This document shows positions 20,262 through 29,262 of a stretch of DNA of 50,073 nucleotides, piece after piece. The notes beneath the pieces were generated by a model. That model worked only from the letters and a program-made list of their open reading frames with translations, ran no database searches and had not been told where the DNA came from. The DNA comes from Lachnospiraceae bacterium (GTDB lineage Bacteria > Bacillota_I > Bacilli_A > Erysipelotrichales > Erysipelotrichaceae), in the NCBI GenBank assembly GCA_963659075.1, contig CAVKTV010000002.1, positions 1 through 50,073 of the forward strand, in the 5' to 3' direction. The position numbers and the translations under genes are program-made. Position 1 is the stretch's first letter; each line of letters begins with the position of its first letter.

Positions 20262-20474
20262 ATGGATAAAGTTTGGTATTACATGAAAAAAGATAAATCA
20301 AAATATGGTCCTTATTCAGATAAAGAATTATGTGCATTGATCCATCAAGGAATTATTGATGCGGATGAATATATTTGGATGACAGACATGAAGGGATGGC
20401 TGAAAGTACAGAATTCAATTTATTCTGAATATATTCCAAGCGATGATGAAGATTCATTAGATGATTTATTTTAA
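20262..20474 (+). CDS. Stand-alone GYF_2/DUF4339-like small protein
   Basis: WYY......GPYS..EL..LI..G.I.....IW...M.GW pattern; AAGGAG RBS. Confidence 0.8.
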   Translation: MDKVWYYMKKDKSKYGPYSDKELCALIHQGIIDADEYIWMTDMKGWLKVQNSIYSEYIPSDDEDSLDDLF

Positions 20475-20500
20475 GCGGTAGAGTTTTCTATCGCTTTTTT
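20473..20500 (+). terminator. Intrinsic terminator
   Basis: AAGCGGTAGA-GTTT-TCTATCGCTT followed by a T-run. Confidence 0.75.
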
Positions 20501-20519
20501 GTGTTATACTTGTTTCATT

Positions 20520-20728
20520 GAAACCGTTGAAGGGAAATAGTAGAGATTTTTGAAGCATAGAAGAGAATGGCATATTTGGTGAAAGTGCTTATGTGAATGA
20601 ATCTTGAATGCATCCTTGAGGGCTTTATCGATAATGTAGATAAGGACGTTAACTGCGTTAAAGTATATGAGAAGTAAGAAAAGTGGGACCACGTTATAGA
20701 CGTCTTTTTAGTGAGACGTTTTTATTTT
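20520..20728 (+). promoter_or_regulatory. T-box riboswitch (Cys specifier) upstream of cysS
   Basis: AGTAG/AGAGA/GGTGAAA motifs; GAA-TGC specifier at 20609-20611; T-box AAAGTGGGACCACG at 20680-20693; terminator GACGTCT..AGACGTTTTT. Confidence 0.88.
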
Positions 20729-20738
20729 GGAGGGAGTT

Positions 20739-22076
20739 ATGATCAAACTATATAATAGTAAAACATTAAATGTAGAAGAATTTAAACCAATCAAAGAAGG
20801 CCATGTAGATATGTATGTATGTGGACCAACTGTATATAACTACGCACATATTGGAAATGCGAGACCAATGGTTGTTTTTGATGTGCTAAAAAGATTATTT
20901 GAAGCAGAAGGATACAGCGTTACTTATGTATCTAACTTTACAGATGTAGATGATAAGATTATCAATAAGGCAATTGAGGAAAACACAACAGAGGCAGTTA
21001 TTGCACAAAGATATATTGATGCGTATCAAGAAGTGCGACAATTATTAAATACAGAAGTTCCGGATATTACACCAAGAGTTACAGAAACAATGGATGGAAT
21101 CATCTCATTTGTTAAGGAATTAGTTGATAATGGAAGTGCGTATGTATCAGAGAATGGTGATGTTTATTTCTCTGTTGATGCGGATGAAAAGTATGGTGAA
21201 ATATCTCATCAAAAATTAGATCAATTAGAAGCTGGTGCGAGAATTGAAGTGAACGATGGTAAGAAAAATCCATATGATTTTGCGTTGTGGAAAAAGACTG
21301 ACAAGGGGATTCAATGGGATTCTCCATGGGGAAAAGGTAGACCTGGATGGCATACAGAGTGTGTTGTCATGATTAATCAAAATCTAGGAGAGTATATTGA
21401 TATTCATGGTGGTGGAATGGATTTGAAATTCCCTCATCATGAAAACGAAGTAGCACAACAAGAATGTACACATCATAATTCGTTAGCGAATTTCTGGGTA
21501 CATAATGCGATGATCAATATTGATGGTCAAAAGATGAGTAAGTCTTTGGGAAATACTCTATGGGCGAAAGATATTGTAGAAAAATTAGGAACAAATCTAA
21601 CAAGATGGTTAATGAGTTCTGTACATTATAGAAAAGAATTGAATTTCTCTGAAGAAACAGTAGAAACTGCACGTAAAGAATTAGACAAAGTTTTAAACCC
21701 ACTTAAACAAATTGATATTAAATCTCAATTATCAAATGTTACATTAAATGATTCCTATGATGAAGAAAGTTATAGAGAATTCTTAAATCAATTAGATGAT
21801 GATCTTAACACACCAAATGCCTATACTGTTATCTTCGATACAATGAAGAAAATCAATCAAGGTTTACGTACAAAAGAACCAGATTGGGATACGCTAGGCA
21901 AACTTAGAAACTCTGTAGTCAAGATGTTAGATATCTTAGGTATTGTCGTTGATAAAGTAGTGTTAAGTGAAGAAGATAAAACAATTTTTGAACAATGGAA
22001 TTTAGCGAAATCTCAAAAAGATTGGGGTGCGGCAGATAAATATCGTAATCAATTAAGTGAGAAAGGTTTATTGTGA
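20739..22076 (+). CDS. cysS: Cysteinyl-tRNA synthetase
   Basis: YVCGPTVY, HIGNAR, GRPGWHTEC, FPHHENE and KMSKS motifs; Cys T-box upstream. Confidence 0.98.
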   Translation: MIKLYNSKTLNVEEFKPIKEGHVDMYVCGPTVYNYAHIGNARPMVVFDVLKRLFEAEGYSVTYVSNFTDVDDKIINKAIEENTTEAVIAQRYIDAYQEVRQLLNTEVPDITPRVTETMDGIISFVKELVDNGSAYVSENGDVYFSVDADEKYGEISHQKLDQLEAGARIEVNDGKKNPYDFALWKKTDKGIQWDSPWGKGRPGWHTECVVMINQNLGEYIDIHGGGMDLKFPHHENEVAQQECTHHNSLANFWVHNAMINIDGQKMSKSLGNTLWAKDIVEKLGTNLTRWLMSSVHYRKELNFSEETVETARKELDKVLNPLKQIDIKSQLSNVTLNDSYDEESYREFLNQLDDDLNTPNAYTVIFDTMKKINQGLRTKEPDWDTLGKLRNSVVKMLDILGIVVDKVVLSEEDKTIFEQWNLAKSQKDWGAADKYRNQLSEKGLL

Positions 22077-22456
22077 TGAACACAAATGCATGTTCAGGAA
22101 GAACACTTGCTTTTTTGGGGGATGCGGTTTGGTCGCTTCTTGTTAGAGAATATTTGATTGAAAGTGGTGAAGGAAAAGGTAAGAAACTTCAAAAAGATAG
22201 TATTGCGTATGTCAGTGCGAAAGCACAAGCAAATTTCTATACACTTCTACATGAACAACAATTCTTTACAGAAGAGGAAGAAGAAGTTTTCCACAGAGGA
22301 AGAAATGCGAATGATGGTGCAACTCCTAAAAGTACCGATGTTCAAACATATCGAATATCTACTGGATTTGAAGCAATCTTAGGTGCTTTGCATTTAGAGG
22401 GTAAACAAGATAGGATCCGTGAGATATTTGATGAAGTAATAAAAGTGAAAGGTTAA
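22073..22456 (+). CDS. mrnC: Mini-ribonuclease III
   Basis: LAFLGDAV, VSAKAQA, RGRNA and TGFEA.LG motifs; follows cysS. Start could be ATG 22076. Confidence 0.93.
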   Translation: MMNTNACSGRTLAFLGDAVWSLLVREYLIESGEGKGKKLQKDSIAYVSAKAQANFYTLLHEQQFFTEEEEEVFHRGRNANDGATPKSTDVQTYRISTGFEAILGALHLEGKQDRIREIFDEVIKVKG

Positions 22457-22460
22457 TCGT

Positions 22461-23168
22461 ATGTATATATATGGAAAGAATCCTGTAAGACAATTATTTT
22501 TGGAACATAAAGAAGTAAAAGAATTAATTCTGTCTGTACAAGATAAAGAACTAGAATCCTTCGCCCAAAGAAATCATGTCAAAATCAAAAGGACAGATAA
22601 AAAGAATCTATCTAAGATAACGGGAACAGAACGCCATCAAGGTGTTTGTGCATTAGTGAATGATTATCAAACATATACATTAGAAGAATTGATGCAGAAT
22701 AAAAATGGAGAGCATGGTTTATTGATCTTGTTAGATGAACTAGAGGACCCTCATAATCTAGGCGCAATTCTAAGAAGTGCAGATGCGGTAGGCGCAACAG
22801 GTGTTATCTTTAAAAAAACACACGCCGTTGGATTAACACCAACAGTAGCGAAAGTATCTGCGGGTGCAATTGATACTGTGAAGTGTGCCGCTGTTACAAA
22901 TCTATCACGTGCCATTGAAACACTTCAAAAGAATGGCTGGTGGGTCGTTGGAACAGATATGAATGGACAAGATTATAGACAATTGAATTATGATTTTGAT
23001 TGTGTTCTAGTCATTGGTAATGAAGGAAAAGGTATTTCTAGATTGATTAGAGAAAAATGTGATTATGTTGTAAAGATTCCTATGGTTGGTAAGATTGAAT
23101 CTTTGAATGCTTCTGTATCTGCAGGGGTGTTGATGTATGGCATTTTTAATGCTAGAAATCCTATGTAA
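22461..23168 (+). CDS. rlmB: 23S rRNA (Gm2251) methyltransferase, TrmH/SpoU family
   Basis: HQGV, DPHNLGAILRS, GNEGKG and SLNASV motifs. Confidence 0.95.
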   Translation: MYIYGKNPVRQLFLEHKEVKELILSVQDKELESFAQRNHVKIKRTDKKNLSKITGTERHQGVCALVNDYQTYTLEELMQNKNGEHGLLILLDELEDPHNLGAILRSADAVGATGVIFKKTHAVGLTPTVAKVSAGAIDTVKCAAVTNLSRAIETLQKNGWWVVGTDMNGQDYRQLNYDFDCVLVIGNEGKGISRLIREKCDYVVKIPMVGKIESLNASVSAGVLMYGIFNARNPM

Positions 23169-23299
23169 TTTTCCACAATTGAATGTTTATAAATGTAGGT
23201 TTTCCACAAAGAATACCTACTTTTTGTTTGGAAAAATGGAACAAGTTAGCTGACAAATTTCTCTTGATAACGTGTAAAAATGAAATCGGAGGAAATGTT

Positions 23300-23902
23300 A
23301 TGAAAGATTATAATATTTATGAATTGATATATTTGTATCATTGTGGAAGTAATTGTGCTTTAGATATCATTCAAGATGAAATGAATGATCAACTATTTTA
23401 TTGGACAGAAGAAAAAGTGGAAATGAATAGAGGAATCTATAGAATGTATTTTGAAGATCTTTATCAAGAATCTCTTTTAGGATTATATGAGGCAGTCAAT
23501 ACATATCGAGATGATAAAACTGCATCCTTTATAACATTTACGAAGACAATCGTTGATAGAAGATTGACCAATTTCACTATGAGAAATTTAAAAGGAAAAG
23601 AAAAATCAAAAGAGTTATCTATTGATGCGGAAATGATGAGCGAGAGAAGCTATATTGAAAATATTCCTACGAAGGATTCTTTATCTGTTCCAGAATATAG
23701 ATTGATTTTTCATGAATGTATGGAAGAAGTTGGAAGGACGGTACAAGAATTTAGCGTTGCGGAAAGACAAGTCATGAATGAGTGGATTGATGAGAAAACA
23801 TATATTCAAGGAAGTCGTAATTTGAACATGTCAACAAAAACATATGAAGGAAAATTACGCAAAGTGAAAAAAGCATTAAGAAATACATGCTTAAACGCAT
23901 GA
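23300..23902 (+). CDS. Alternative sigma factor, SigH/ComX-like
   Basis: EDLYQE..LGLYEAV..Y...K.ASF.TF region 2 motif and region 4 HTH; syntenic with sigH (rlmB..rpmG); GGAGG before ATG 23300. Confidence 0.8.
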   Translation: MKDYNIYELIYLYHCGSNCALDIIQDEMNDQLFYWTEEKVEMNRGIYRMYFEDLYQESLLGLYEAVNTYRDDKTASFITFTKTIVDRRLTNFTMRNLKGKEKSKELSIDAEMMSERSYIENIPTKDSLSVPEYRLIFHECMEEVGRTVQEFSVAERQVMNEWIDEKTYIQGSRNLNMSTKTYEGKLRKVKKALRNTCLNA

Positions 23903-23965
23903 AATAGTTTGCGTTGGATGATTTGTTGTGTTAGAGTATTAAAGCATTTGAAGGAGTTTTTCGTA

Positions 23966-24121
23966 ATGGCAAAAGATGATAAGGCAATCTTGGCCTGTGA
24001 AGTGTGTCTTTGCAGAAACTACACTACACACAGATCAAAGAAGAACAATGGCAAACGATTGGAGTTAAGAAAGTTTTGCCCACATTGTGGAAAAGTAACA
24101 CTCCATAAAGAAACAAAGTAG
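23966..24121 (+). CDS. rpmG: 50S ribosomal protein L33 (Zn-binding type)
   Basis: CEVC..RNY.T...[11 protein letters not shown]...TLHKETK; AAGGAG before ATG 23966. Confidence 0.96.
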   Translation: MAKDDKAILACEVCLCRNYTTHRSKKNNGKRLELRKFCPHCGKVTLHKETK

Positions 24122-24130
24122 GAGGTTTCT

Positions 24131-24400
24131 ATGGCAGAAGAAACTAAAAAAGTAAAAGAGAAAAAAGTAAAAGAAAAGAAACCAAAAGTTAAGAAAGATC
24201 ATTGGTTTTCAATTAGTGGAATTCGTAAAGAAGCAAAGAGAGTTAGATGGCCACATTGGAAGAGTGAAGGACAAAGTAATCCTGGTATTTTCCAAAATTC
24301 TGGTGAAGTTATTCTATTTACAGCGTTCTTTGCGTTATTCTTTGTGCTTTGCGAATTTGGAATTACATTCTTATTAAAGTTAATTGGAATTGGAGCGTAA
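24131..24400 (+). CDS. secE: Preprotein translocase subunit SecE
   Basis: E.KRVRWP followed by a single TM helix; between rpmG and nusG. Confidence 0.9.
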   Translation: MAEETKKVKEKKVKEKKPKVKKDHWFSISGIRKEAKRVRWPHWKSEGQSNPGIFQNSGEVILFTAFFALFFVLCEFGITFLLKLIGIGA

Positions 24401-24403
24401 TAT

Positions 24404-24982
24404 ATGTCAGAAATGGATATGAGTTTATTAGATGATGAAAACAACAAACGTTGGTATGTTGTTAATACATATTCTGGACATGAAAACAGAGTAAAAGAAA
24501 ATCTTGAAAAACGTGTTGAAACAATGGGTATTCAAGATTGTTTGTTTAGAATCGTAGTCGCTGAAGAACCTGAAATCGAAATCAGAGGAAACAAGAAAAT
24601 TGAAAAGATGCATAATCTTTTCCCTGGTTACGTATTTGTTGAAATGAAGATGACAGATGAAGCTTGGTATGTTGTAAGAAACACACCAGGAGTAACTGGA
24701 TTTATTGGTTCATCAGGTGGTGGTGCAAAACCATTCCCTGTTTCTCCAGATGAAATGGAATCTATTCTAAGAAGAATGGGACAATCTGATAAGAAAGTCG
24801 TTGTAGACTTTAAGATTGGTGACACTGTTAAGATCTTGACAGGTCCATTCCAAAACATGGAAGGAACAATTTCTACTATGAATGATCAAACTCAAACAGC
24901 TGATGTATTGATCAACTTATTTGGTAGAGAAACACCTGCCACAGATATCGGATATAACGATCTCGAAAAAGTAGATGAATAA
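24404..24982 (+). CDS. nusG: Transcription termination/antitermination factor NusG
   Basis: WYVVNTYSGHE, FPGYVFV, VRNTPGVTGF and KOW GPF motifs. Confidence 0.98.
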   Translation: MSEMDMSLLDDENNKRWYVVNTYSGHENRVKENLEKRVETMGIQDCLFRIVVAEEPEIEIRGNKKIEKMHNLFPGYVFVEMKMTDEAWYVVRNTPGVTGFIGSSGGGAKPFPVSPDEMESILRRMGQSDKKVVVDFKIGDTVKILTGPFQNMEGTISTMNDQTQTADVLINLFGRETPATDIGYNDLEKVDE

Positions 24983-25006
24983 GATTTGCGAAAGCGAATC
25001 TTTTTT
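24981..25006 (+). terminator. Intrinsic terminator after nusG
   Basis: AAGATTTGC-GAAA-GCGAATCTT followed by a T-run. Confidence 0.8.
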
Positions 25007-25007
25007 A

Positions 25008-25103
25008 TTGACAAGCACCCTGGTTAAGAAGTAATATATTTGGGCACGAAAGTGCATCTTTTATGTATGCGTGGGAGGGAGAAGAAAACTTCCGTTTACC
25101 ACT
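25008..25103 (+). promoter_or_regulatory. rplK promoter and probable L1-binding leader hairpin
   Basis: TTGACA (25008) ...TAATAT (25032); GTGGGAGG...GGAGAAG/CTTCC...ACCAC hairpin at 25071-25102 of the type found before Firmicute rplK. Confidence 0.6.
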
Positions 25104-25136
25104 GCATGCGGATTTTCTAAAAAGGAGGAAAACCAC

Positions 25137-25553
25137 ATGGCAAAGAAAATTACAAAAATTTCTAAGCTTCAGTTCCCAGCTGGTGGCGCTAAACCAGGTC
25201 CAGCTCTAGCTGCAGCAGGTATTAACATGCCTCAGTTCTGTACAGCATTCAATGATCAGACTAAGGACAGACATGGTGACATCGTTCCAGTTATCATCAC
25301 AGCTTATGAAGACAAGTCTTTTGATTTCGTATTAAAGACAACTCCAGCAGCAGTTCTATTAAAGAAAGCTGCAGGAATCCAAAAGGGTTCTGGAACACCA
25401 AACACAGTTAAGGCTGGTAAAGTAACAAAGGCTCAATTACAAGAAATCGCTGAGTACAAGATGCCAGACTTAAACGCAAATGATGTAGAAGCAGCAATGA
25501 AGATTATTGCTGGTACAGCTCGTAACATGGGCATCGAAGTGGAGGGTGAATAA
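25137..25553 (+). CDS. rplK: 50S ribosomal protein L11
   Basis: GPAL..GIN...FC..FN..T, KTTPAA.LLKKAAG and KMPDLNA motifs; AAGGAGG before ATG 25137. Confidence 0.98.
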   Translation: MAKKITKISKLQFPAGGAKPGPALAAAGINMPQFCTAFNDQTKDRHGDIVPVIITAYEDKSFDFVLKTTPAAVLLKKAAGIQKGSGTPNTVKAGKVTKAQLQEIAEYKMPDLNANDVEAAMKIIAGTARNMGIEVEGE

Positions 25554-25555
25554 GC

Positions 25556-26233
25556 ATGGCAGGTAAGAAGTACGCAGCTGCTCTTTCACAAGTAGATCGC
25601 AGCAAAACATATGATTACAAAGAAGCAATCGCTTTAGCTAAGAAGATTTCTTCTACAAAGTTTGATTCTTCCGTTGAAGTTTCATTCTTCTTAAACGTTG
25701 ATCCAAGACAAGCAGATCAAAACATCCGTGGTGCTATGGTATTACCAAACGGTACAGGTAAGAGCCAAAAGGTTCTTGTTATTACACAAGGTGCTAAGGA
25801 AGAAGAAGCAAAGAATGCAGGTGCTGACTATGTTGGTGGTGCAGACATGCTTGAAAAGATCCAAGGTGGTTGGTTTGACTTCGATATTATCGTAGCTACA
25901 CCAGACATGATGGGTCAACTTGGTAAATTAGGTAGAGTATTAGGCCCTAAGGGATTAATGCCAAACCCTAAGACAGGTACAGTTACTATGAACGTAGCTC
26001 AAGCTATCGATGAAATCAAGAAGGGTAAAGTTGAATACCGTGTTGATAAAGATGGCAACGTTAACGTTATGATTGGTAAGTGCTCATTCACAGAAGAAGC
26101 ATTAGCTGAAAACTACAAGGCTTTATTTGATCAAATCAATAAGGTTAAGCCAAACTCAGTTAAGGGTGCTTATATCAAGAAGATCACAGTATCCACAACA
26201 ATGGGTCCTGGTATCATCGTGACAGCTGAATAA
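25556..26233 (+). CDS. rplA: 50S ribosomal protein L1
   Basis: [23 protein letters not shown] and STTMGPG motifs. Confidence 0.98.
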   Translation: MAGKKYAAALSQVDRSKTYDYKEAIALAKKISSTKFDSSVEVSFFLNVDPRQADQNIRGAMVLPNGTGKSQKVLVITQGAKEEEAKNAGADYVGGADMLEKIQGGWFDFDIIVATPDMMGQLGKLGRVLGPKGLMPNPKTGTVTMNVAQAIDEIKKGKVEYRVDKDGNVNVMIGKCSFTEEALAENYKALFDQINKVKPNSVKGAYIKKITVSTTMGPGIIVTAE

Positions 26234-26246
26234 TCATGAAAGAATG

Positions 26247-26269
26247 GAGAAGCATATGCTTCTCTTTTT
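26247..26269 (+). terminator. Intrinsic terminator after rplA
   Basis: GAGAAGC-ATAT-GCTTCTC followed by TTTTT. Confidence 0.8.
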
Positions 26270-26327
26270 CATTTAGATTTCACATCTTAAACATATAGAT
26301 AACACAAAATTCGGTTAATATACTACC

Positions 26328-26418
26328 ATCAGATAGAGATATCTGATATTTAATTTTCATAAATTTTTCTCCCATTTTGAAAAGACTGTTTAATCAATAG
26401 TCTTTTCATTTTCTTTTT
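26328..26418 (+). ncRNA. Candidate ~90-nt small RNA with an anti-SD/anti-AUG single-stranded region
   Basis: TAGATA-N17-TATACT upstream; 5' hairpin ATCAGATA-GAGA-TATCTGAT; unpaired TTTTCATAAATTTTTCTCCCA; terminator TGAAAAGACTG..TAGTCTTTTCA with T-tail. Confidence 0.5.
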
Positions 26419-26462
26419 GGAAGAAGTGATTATAATAAATGTATTAGTTAGAGGTGATTAAC

Positions 26463-27536
26463 ATGTTGAATGAAAAAAGAATGAACGCTGTATTAGAAAA
26501 ACTCGATACAAATCAGATGTTAATATCTGATCCATTCGCAATCTATTATTTAACTGGTAGATGGATTCATGCGGGAGAAAGATTTTTAGGATTGTTGATT
26601 CGTAAAAATCAAAAACCAATTTTATATTTAAATGAATTGTTCCGTTTTGATGAAGATCTTGGTGTCACAAAGAAAATGATTAAAGATACAGATCCAATTG
26701 CGGAATTGTTGAAAGCAGATGTAGATGCTTCTTCTGCATTAGGCGTTGATAAACTATTACCTGCGAAGTTTTTATTACCATTAATGGAAGGAAATGTAGC
26801 TTCTTCCTTTGTGAATGGTTCCGTAGCAGTAGATCATACGCGTGCAATTAAAGATGAAGTTGAAATTGAACTCATGAGAGAAAGCAGTCATATCAATGAT
26901 TTAGCGATGGCTGAATTTAAGAAATTACCAAAAGCAGGTATGAGTGAAGTTGAAGTTGCATCTAAGATGCTTGATATTTATAAGAGCTTTGGTGCAGAAG
27001 ATTATTCCTTTACACCAATCGTAGCTTTTGGGGTGAATGCTGCAGATCCACATCATATGCCAGACGAAACAATTCTTCATGAAGGAGAAGTTGTATTATT
27101 TGATGTTGGTTGTAAATATCATGAATATTGTTCGGATATGACACGTACTTTCTTCTATAAAGGAACTCCAAATGAAGAACAAAAAAGAGTTTACGATTTA
27201 GTTCGTAAGGCAAATGAAGATGCGGAAGCATATGTAAAACCAGGTGTAAGACTATGTGATATTGATTCTAAGGCGAGAGATGTTATTACAGAAGGTGGTT
27301 ATGGTCCTGACTTTACACATCGTTTAGGACATTTCATTGGTATTGAAGATCATGAATATGGAGATGTATCCCAAGCATTTACAGATTTAACACAAGTAGG
27401 AAATATCTTCTCAATTGAACCTGGTATCTATAATAAAAAGACTATGGGATGTAGAATTGAAGATTTGATTCTTGTCAAAAAAGATGGACATGAAGTATTG
27501 AACCATTATCCACATGATTTTGAAATCATTGAATAA
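26463..27536 (+). CDS. Xaa-Pro (amino)peptidase, M24 family
   Basis: R.IKD..E, PHH, D.G....YCSDMTRT, HRLGHFIG...HE, SIEPGIY and RIED motifs. Confidence 0.93.
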   Translation: MLNEKRMNAVLEKLDTNQMLISDPFAIYYLTGRWIHAGERFLGLLIRKNQKPILYLNELFRFDEDLGVTKKMIKDTDPIAELLKADVDASSALGVDKLLPAKFLLPLMEGNVASSFVNGSVAVDHTRAIKDEVEIELMRESSHINDLAMAEFKKLPKAGMSEVEVASKMLDIYKSFGAEDYSFTPIVAFGVNAADPHHMPDETILHEGEVVLFDVGCKYHEYCSDMTRTFFYKGTPNEEQKRVYDLVRKANEDAEAYVKPGVRLCDIDSKARDVITEGGYGPDFTHRLGHFIGIEDHEYGDVSQAFTDLTQVGNIFSIEPGIYNKKTMGCRIEDLILVKKDGHEVLNHYPHDFEIIE

Positions 27537-27538
27537 TT

Positions 27539-27712
27539 ATGAAAATCATTAAAAAGATTCTAGATAAGCTAAGTAAGTTCATCTCAAAAATCAGTGATAC
27601 AAGTATCACTGATGATAAATCAAATGATCCAATCCCAAAGCGTTCTGGACATATTTGGCTGAATGGAGGAGATCCAATGAATAATCTCTCTTCACGTAGA
27701 TTCAAAAAATAA
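27539..27712 (+). CDS. Putative 57-aa small protein with an amphipathic basic N-terminal helix
   Basis: MKIIKKILDKLSKFISKISDTSITDDKSNDPIPKRSGHIWLNGGDPMNNLSSRRFKK; starts 3 nt after the peptidase stop and ends just before a terminator; no clear RBS. Confidence 0.5.
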   Translation: MKIIKKILDKLSKFISKISDTSITDDKSNDPIPKRSGHIWLNGGDPMNNLSSRRFKK

Positions 27713-27717
27713 AGTAC

Positions 27718-27750
27718 AAAAAAACGTTACATGAAATGTGTAACGTTTTT
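27718..27750. terminator. Bidirectional terminator between convergent units
   Basis: A-run, AAAACGTTACAT-GAAAT-GTGTAACGTTTT, T-run. Confidence 0.8.
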
Positions 27751-28540
27751 AAAACTTTGAAAGACCATTCTTTCGTGCCATACGAATCATATGATCATAA
27801 ACTTTTGATCCAAATAATGCATACAGAATATTAACGATGATAAATACGATCCACTCTGCATTCATTGATAACAACATAGAACTACCAAATAAAACATTTC
27901 TGACTAAGTCTAATCCCCAAGTGAATGGGAATACTATTGCGATACTTCTAAATACGATAGGAAGTTGAATGACTGGGAAATATAAACCAGCTAAGAATGG
28001 CGCAATATTTGCGACCAAAGATACGATTTGATTTGCTTCTCTAAAGTAAATCGCAAGTCCCATCAACATTTCCGCAAATCCATATGTTCCAAATGCCATA
28101 ATTACAACAATCAATAAAATATTCAACAAAGAATATAATGACATTGTATTAAATGAAAAGATAATAAATAGAACAATCAAAGGTATCATTTCTAATACTA
28201 CAGATATAATTCCACTAACAGCCCAACCAAATATATAATGGATCCCTTTTAATGGCATACTCATCATATATTCAAAATTACCTTCTCTTAATTTTCTTCT
28301 GATTTCAAATACCGCAGACCACATATTCTCAATGAATTGCCAAAGTATCAAAGAAAATAACATGTATTGTATATATTCTGTTTTACTAGTAATACCTGAA
28401 ACTTGAAAATCACCAAATAACAATATCGCAATCGCTGGGAATACTAATAATACTGCATCCGTACTGGCAGAAAATAATTCAATCTTATAACGGAATTTCT
28501 CTTTCAATTCCATTGTTAATAACGTAATCGCTTTTACCAT
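27749..28540 (-). CDS. ABC-2 type exporter permease 2 (RiPP cluster)
   Basis: Six TM segments; EG.FEY....P, AGLYFP...LP and P.T...D..R ABC-2 motifs. Confidence 0.88.
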   Translation of the reverse strand: MVKAITLLTMELKEKFRYKIELFSASTDAVLLVFPAIAILLFGDFQVSGITSKTEYIQYMLFSLILWQFIENMWSAVFEIRRKLREGNFEYMMSMPLKGIHYIFGWAVSGIISVVLEMIPLIVLFIIFSFNTMSLYSLLNILLIVVIMAFGTYGFAEMLMGLAIYFREANQIVSLVANIAPFLAGLYFPVIQLPIVFRSIAIVFPFTWGLDLVRNVLFGSSMLLSMNAEWIVFIIVNILYALFGSKVYDHMIRMARKNGLSKF

Positions 28541-29262
28541 TGGTCTGTATCTCCATTCTTTCTAAGAATCTGAATATCATGATTCACTCTAGAATAACCA
28601 ATCAACGCAAATAGGAATGAAATACCTAAAGGTAATAATAACCAACATAGATTCATTGAGAAGATATCACTTCTCGTAAAAGCAATCGTATACGTCAAAG
28701 GAATCACATAGGATACAAATTGGATGATTCTTGGATATTTCTTAATGTCATAAGAATATCCAGAAAAGAAACCAATGACTTGTTGAACCAATGAATTAAT
28801 GGATCCTAATTTCTTCATATGCATAGATAAACAAAGAAACAAGATTCCCATATTCGCTACAACGACTTCATTCACAAATAAAATAAATAAGAATCTCATT
28901 AAATCAGGAATATGAATTCCTACTAATGAAAAAAAGAATATCTGTAATAAAGATATGATATATGTTTCAATAATCATCTGTAATGCTTTCGCAAGAAAGT
29001 ATTGTTGAAACTGTATTGGATATAAGAATAGATTTGTGAAAGTTCCATCTAATCTTTCTTCTGTGACAAACGCACCAATTGAAAAGAATGATTGATTCAA
29101 TCCATACCAACACAACATACCCTTTAAAGTAAGCACTTGTTGTTCTGCACTAACCATATAAATATATGGAGCTATCATAAAGAAAGTTCCAAATACCATA
29201 TTGATCAATAACCATTTATATCTAGAATCAGTCTTCAATAATCTCATCAAATGATTCCACAT
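28534..29262 (-). CDS. ABC-2 type exporter permease 1 (RiPP cluster)
   Basis: EER.DGT......P, FSG..Y....P and IPLTY motifs; AAGGAGG before ATG 29262. Confidence 0.88.
   Translation of the reverse strand: MWNHLMRLLKTDSRYKWLLINMVFGTFFMIAPYIYMVSAEQQVLTLKGMLCWYGLNQSFFSIGAFVTEERLDGTFTNLFLYPIQFQQYFLAKALQMIIETYIISLLQIFFFSLVGIHIPDLMRFLFILFVNEVVVANMGILFLCLSMHMKKLGSINSLVQQVIGFFSGYSYDIKKYPRIIQFVSYVIPLTYTIAFTRSDIFSMNLCWLLLPLGISFLFALIGYSRVNHDIQILRKNGDTDQW

Noticed and set aside
20504..20692. 62-aa minus-strand ORF upstream of cysS
   Set aside because: The region is fully explained by the Cys T-box on the plus strand; the same applies to 213-536 and the Met T-box.
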